Positions 60,442 through 64,000 of a stretch of 64,000 bases of DNA are shown here, in pieces (position 1 is the first letter of the stretch; each line of letters begins with the position of its first letter). Source of the DNA: Alphaproteobacteria bacterium UBA2964 (GTDB taxonomy: Bacteria; Pseudomonadota; Alphaproteobacteria; MPNO01; UBA2964); contig CAJJCG010000016.1 in assembly GCA_905182615.1 (NCBI GenBank), positions 8,238 through 72,237 on the forward strand, read 5' to 3'. The notes beneath the pieces were generated by a model. That model did no database searches and was not told the origin of the DNA. It worked only from the letters and a program-made list of their open reading frames with translations. The translations under genes were made by a program, and so were the position numbers.

Positions 60442-61209
60442 CTATGTAGCACCTCCTCTCAATGACGGAACCTCAACCCAAATTAAGCTAAACGGCATCT
60501 CTATCGCCGTCGCCAATCCGTTTGAGGGCTCGAATATTGCGAATGATAACCCGGCCGCTCTCCAGGGCAATAATACCCTGTTCCCGCCATTCGGCGAGTT
60601 GCCGGTAAATTTGCCGAGCTCACTTTGCGATAGACGCAGATCGATCTATGTCCCGACATCAACCTCATTGCCAAACTATTCTGCCAACTGAACCAGCACA
60701 CGAGAAAATAGCACCGCATTGGTCAGGATCAAAACCTCGACCTGTTCACTGGTACGGCGAAGACGGTCGCACAGTACTTCCAGCATCAGAATGGCGGCAC
60801 GCGGGTTACGTTCCAAGATCCGCAGAAAGTCCCGCCGTTCCAAAACCAGAACTTCGGTAAACTGGATTGCTATCGTATCAGCGCTGCGTTCCTTGCCATC
60901 AAGCAAGGCGATTTCACCAACCACCTCGTCCGCCTGAATCAGGTTAAGAACGATCTCCTTAGCCTCGAACGTCACCGTACTGATCCGGACGCAACCTTTG
61001 ATCACCACCAGTATGCTAATGCCGGGGTCACCTTTGCGGAACATAATCTCGCCAGCCCCATAGGTCATTAGCCGCGCATGTTGCGCGAGCCGTCCGGCTT
61101 TGAGACTCCCCTCGCCTAGCCAGTCTGCTGTCAGGAAAACCGGCTTGCCGAAACCCGGTTGGTGCCATTCTCGTATTTCTGAATCTGCTGAAAGGTTAGG
61201 CCCAGCGCA
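60442..61209 (-). pseudogene. Crp/Fnr-family transcriptional regulator, disrupted: no start codon, two in-frame TAG codons
   Basis: One minus-strand frame (stop to stop, 61209-60445, 255 codons) reads as a full Crp-family protein. It has an N-terminal helix (LKAGRLAQHARL), a cNMP-binding beta-roll (GEIMFRKGDPG...VGEIALLDGKERSADTIA), a C-helix (LVQLAE) and a Crp-type HTH (IDLRLSQSELGKFTG...NRVL). The frame has no ATG/GTG/TTG before codon 48 and has in-frame TAG codons at 60676-60678 and 60646-60648. The track splits it into ORF 60676-61068 and unannotated downstream sequence. Confidence 0.55.
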
Positions 61210-61334
61210 TCACCAAGTTTGGTCTGACTTATGCCCAATATGCGGCACCGAAGACGTATCCGACTTCCAACATGCAAATCAACTTCGTGGCTGCTCTTTG
61301 ACTCTACTGATGATGGAATATTCTTAGAAACCAC
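61131..61334 (-). CDS. Small XRE-family HTH protein (67 aa), possibly truncated
   Basis: Classic HTH_XRE motif [44 protein letters not shown]; ends without the usual fifth helix. Its 3' 78 nt overlap the 5' region of the Crp-like frame. Confidence 0.45.
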   Translation of the reverse strand: MVSKNIPSSVESKSSHEVDLHVGSRIRLRCRILGISQTKLGDALGLTFQQIQKYENGTNRVSASRFS

Positions 61335-61462
61335 CGAGTTTTTCCTACATTATAACATTTAACGGATTTCCCTACTCAATAGTAAATTACTGAAATAAAT
61401 GGATAATTCTATCTATTATATAGATCACATGTTAACGGTCGCACACGTAAAAGTGGTGATTC

Positions 61463-63175
61463 TTATTTCGAAAGGATTGCCGCGGCGACTTTCTCACCAA
61501 GCATAATTGTCGGTAGGTTGGTATTAGCACATGGCACCATTGGCATAATCGACGCATCGCAGACCCGCAATCCGCCAACGCCATACACCCGCCCCGATGG
61601 GTCAGTGACGGCGCCGGGATCGTCTTCCGCCCCCATCCGGCAGGTACAGGACGCATGCCAGTGACCCACAACTGTCGATCTAATCCACTGTTCCATAACC
61701 GCCTGGTCAGCGAGGAGTGCATCAATCGACGGCCCATCGGCAATCATGTTCTTGATGATCCATTTTCGGGCCGGCGGCAGCGCATCCATCACCTGCGCCC
61801 CGAGCCAGGTTTGAAACTTGTTCCACGGGCTATAAACGGCGATCTTGCGTGCCAGCGGGCTATAGCTGACCGGAAAGATTTCATGTACCGCATCGCGGAT
61901 CATTTCATGTTGATGCAATTTGACCGCCATACGGGTTCCCATCAACAGCCGTTCGAGGTCGCGCGGATCGGAGCACATATCAAAATCAACATCCGGACGA
62001 ATAGCAGGATGAGGTGATTTAAGTTTCACTTCCCCGGTCGAATAGGACCGATTGACCCAGATCATCATCAGCCCGAGCCGCGAGCCAATGTCATGCCACG
62101 CCGCCTTATTGGTCGGCACCAGATACATATCGCCTTTGGGGATGCCCTCAAGACCAGACGACCATCTCAGTCCGGCCAGCATCTGCCGCCGCAAGCCAGG
62201 CGTAAGGCGCGCGCCCGGCCTCATATAGGAGCCAAAATTGACGCCCGGATGTTCCATTAGATGTTTACCAACACCCGGACGGTCGGCAACGACATTAATT
62301 CCCAGCGCTGACAATTCATCGGCCGGGCCAATGCCTGATCGCAGCAGCATTGTCGGAGATTGCAACGCGCCCGCGCAGACAATGACTTCCTTCCCCCGAA
62401 TTTCAACATCACCATCAGGGAGACGAACCCGCGAGCCGACCACCTGACGTCCTTCAAACAGCAGATTCTTGACCGTCGCGTGATCGATGATTGAGAAATT
62501 TTTCCGCGCCCGAACTTCGCTAGTCAGATACGCCGTTGCCGCCGATATCCGTTGGTCATCAATATTATTGATCGATAGGGGAAAATATCCGTCCGAGAAA
62601 ACGCCGTTCTGGTCCTCAATATTTTCCCAGCCACTCTCCTCAACGGCCTGCATGACCGCGCTGGTATAACCGGGCCAGCGATCCGGAAACAGTCGCCTGA
62701 TGCCAATCGGTCCATCGGCATTGTGCAGCGGACCCTCAAAGTCACGATCGCTTTCAAGCTTTTTAAAAAACGGCAGAACACCGTCCCAATCCCAGCCTTT
62801 AGCGCCCTTTTCTGCCCACTCATCGTAATCTGAAGGCAGACCCCGATTGGCACACATGCCATTGATCGATGAGCCACCGCCCATAACCCGGCCCGCCGTA
62901 TAGCGCGGGCGCTTACGTTCATCGGGTGCATTACTAGGCTTGGGCTGAAACGCAGCGGCAAACCCCGACCACGTAAAACGCGGATTGCTGTGCGCGGTGC
63001 CCGCAAAACTGTCGAGTAGCTCCGGCGGTACATCGCCAGGGGGGTGATCCTCCCCTGCTTCCAGGAGCAAGACGTTATTCGTGGAACGCTCGCTCAACCG
63101 GGCCGCAAGAACGCACCCAGCGGAACCACCGCCAATAATCACATAGTCGTATTTCTGGGCAGCAGTGTCAGACAT
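61463..63175 (-). CDS. GMC-family FAD-dependent oxidoreductase (choline/alcohol dehydrogenase-like)
   Basis: YDYVIIGGGSAGCVLAARLSE N-terminal motif, GMC signature region (GGGSSINGM), C-terminal active-site His region; 570 aa. Confidence 0.85.
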   Translation of the reverse strand: MSDTAAQKYDYVIIGGGSAGCVLAARLSERSTNNVLLLEAGEDHPPGDVPPELLDSFAGTAHSNPRFTWSGFAAAFQPKPSNAPDERKRPRYTAGRVMGGGSSINGMCANRGLPSDYDEWAEKGAKGWDWDGVLPFFKKLESDRDFEGPLHNADGPIGIRRLFPDRWPGYTSAVMQAVEESGWENIEDQNGVFSDGYFPLSINNIDDQRISAATAYLTSEVRARKNFSIIDHATVKNLLFEGRQVVGSRVRLPDGDVEIRGKEVIVCAGALQSPTMLLRSGIGPADELSALGINVVADRPGVGKHLMEHPGVNFGSYMRPGARLTPGLRRQMLAGLRWSSGLEGIPKGDMYLVPTNKAAWHDIGSRLGLMMIWVNRSYSTGEVKLKSPHPAIRPDVDFDMCSDPRDLERLLMGTRMAVKLHQHEMIRDAVHEIFPVSYSPLARKIAVYSPWNKFQTWLGAQVMDALPPARKWIIKNMIADGPSIDALLADQAVMEQWIRSTVVGHWHASCTCRMGAEDDPGAVTDPSGRVYGVGGLRVCDASIMPMVPCANTNLPTIMLGEKVAAAILSK

Positions 63176-63207
63176 GAAAGATCATTTATCTAGTTCTATG
63201 GGTCTCG

Positions 63208-63621
63208 TTACCGCGGACGGCCTTTTTCAAATTTTTCTGTGAAACCCAGCGGCGGCGTATAGGGCAACGACTTGGACGTAAAGACTTCGATCTGCGGTTT
63301 GATATCTCCCACATCATCGATCGTGCCGATCTTGATATTCTTTATCCCCTGAGCGCTTGACCCATAGCCGAACAACTGCGACCCACACTTGCCACAAAAT
63401 TCCTTAATCATCGTGCTACCGCTATCCGCACTGTGTTGAAAGCTATTGGTTTCGCCCTGCAATACCGTTAGGTCTTCTTCTTTAACAAACACATTCGTCG
63501 CGAAGGCTGACCCTGTCGCACGGCGGCAATCGTCACAATGACATTGGGCAACCCGCACTGGCTCGCCTTTAACTTCGTATCGAATCGCCCCGCAAAGGCA
63601 GCCCCCTGAAAATTCAGCCAT
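63208..63621 (-). CDS. GFA-family protein (glutathione-dependent formaldehyde-activating enzyme / CENP-V-like zinc protein)
   Basis: GGCLCGAIRYE...CHCDDCRR zinc-binding Cys pattern typical of GFA; 137 aa. Confidence 0.75.
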   Translation of the reverse strand: MAEFSGGCLCGAIRYEVKGEPVRVAQCHCDDCRRATGSAFATNVFVKEEDLTVLQGETNSFQHSADSGSTMIKEFCGKCGSQLFGYGSSAQGIKNIKIGTIDDVGDIKPQIEVFTSKSLPYTPPLGFTEKFEKGRPR

Positions 63622-63762
63622 CGTCGATCCTCCCTAGATGTAATCCTGTGACCGCCATCGCACCATGCTTCGGCGTTTATATCAACATGCTGCCATCAGC
63701 CCCTCTTGCGCGACTCATACGCTCCTGTGAAATTACAGAGAACTTTAGGGATAGGACGCGCC

Positions 63763-63978
63763 ATGACATCAGATGAAAAACCGCTCGCAGACGACGACGT
63801 TATGTTCGAAGGATTGATCCGGGCGTCAGGCGTTCCTGTTTCAGATCAGGAAAAACAGGATCTCCGCAAAGCCTATTCATCGTTGATGGGGCTGGCGGCA
63901 AGAACCCGAAAACCGGGACGCAGCTGGGCTGTCCGCATGCTGCCGGTCTTTTCGCCCAAGCCGCCAAAGGGGTCATGA
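63763..63978 (+). CDS. Small hypothetical protein, possibly DUF4089/AtzG-like amidase partner
   Basis: About 70 aa acidic N-terminus and proline-rich end (VFSPKPP). Its stop overlaps an ATG (ATGA) that opens a truncated ORF at the window edge (MTMNVDRD...). Start chosen at MTSDEK; the track starts at 63706. Confidence 0.3.
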   Translation: MTSDEKPLADDDVMFEGLIRASGVPVSDQEKQDLRKAYSSLMGLAARTRKPGRSWAVRMLPVFSPKPPKGS

Positions 63979-64000
63979 CGATGAATGTAGATCGCGACGT

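Noticed and set aside
60646-60678. Possibility that TAG is a sense codon in this organism (which would explain the two in-frame TAGs in the Crp-like gene)
   Set aside because: TAG clearly terminates other well-supported genes in the window, for example the class II aldolase at 36092-36094 and the M17 aminopeptidase at 30298-30300, with no evidence of read-through extensions. Genome-wide reassignment is therefore excluded. A local pseudogene, or rare suppression, is more likely.
60407-60691. Track ORFs 60407-60691 (+, 94 aa) and 60501-60719 (-, 72 aa) in the gap after the MFS gene
   Set aside because: The same DNA is better explained on the minus strand as the HTH-encoding 3' portion of the Crp/Fnr-like frame. 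Neither ORF shows protein-like motifs.
61069-61334. Single fused XRE-HTH plus cNMP-binding protein created by a frameshift near 61135 (a GGTTTT run)
   Set aside because: It is plausible, since the HTH ORF lacks its last helix and the Crp-like frame lacks a start. However, the downstream frame also carries its own Crp-type C-terminal HTH, and a three-domain XRE-cNMP-HTH protein is not an architecture I can support. I kept them as two separate entries and flagged the locus as disrupted.

Overview
This looks like chromosomal DNA from an alphaproteobacterium (inferred from gene order, about 50% GC by eye). About 60 protein genes are called; I found no tRNA, rRNA, CRISPR array or mobile element, but did find one SRP RNA gene. 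Bases 1-22 kb are conserved housekeeping synteny: rpmH-rnpA-yidD-yidC-engB-argB, dapD-dapE, truA-fmt-def, rmuC, recR-ybaB-dnaX with ffs (4.5S/SRP RNA, absent from the ORF track) immediately upstream of dnaX, nudC, pheA-kdsB-cytochrome c and a hisN-like phosphatase. Bases 22.4-29.9 kb hold a yejABEF-type peptide/microcin-C-like ABC importer with a tandemly duplicated substrate-binding gene. Bases 30-64 kb form a dense accessory catabolic region. It contains an FAD monooxygenase, a class II aldolase and two tandem VOC/extradiol-dioxygenase-like paralogs. It also contains two orphan TctC/Bug binding proteins, a UbiD-family decarboxylase, a DUF3095-like protein with palm-domain cyclase motifs, LigI-like and ACMSD-like amidohydrolases and an MR/MLE enolase. 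An ADP-forming acyl-CoA synthetase alpha-like protein lacks a beta partner. There is an Fe3+/thiamine-type ABC transporter, a CaiB-family CoA transferase with an SCP-x thiolase and DUF35 module, a GMC oxidoreductase, and several alpha/beta hydrolases, MFS and DMT transporters. The island carries almost no regulators. The one Crp/Fnr-family gene is apparently broken, with no start codon and two in-frame TAG codons. Two periplasmic binding proteins end in unusual poly-lysine tails. I recognise no previously undescribed system with confidence. The most unusual elements are the DUF3095 cyclase-like gene beside the UbiD-family gene, the broken or possibly recoded Crp-like gene, and the poly-lysine-tailed binding proteins.
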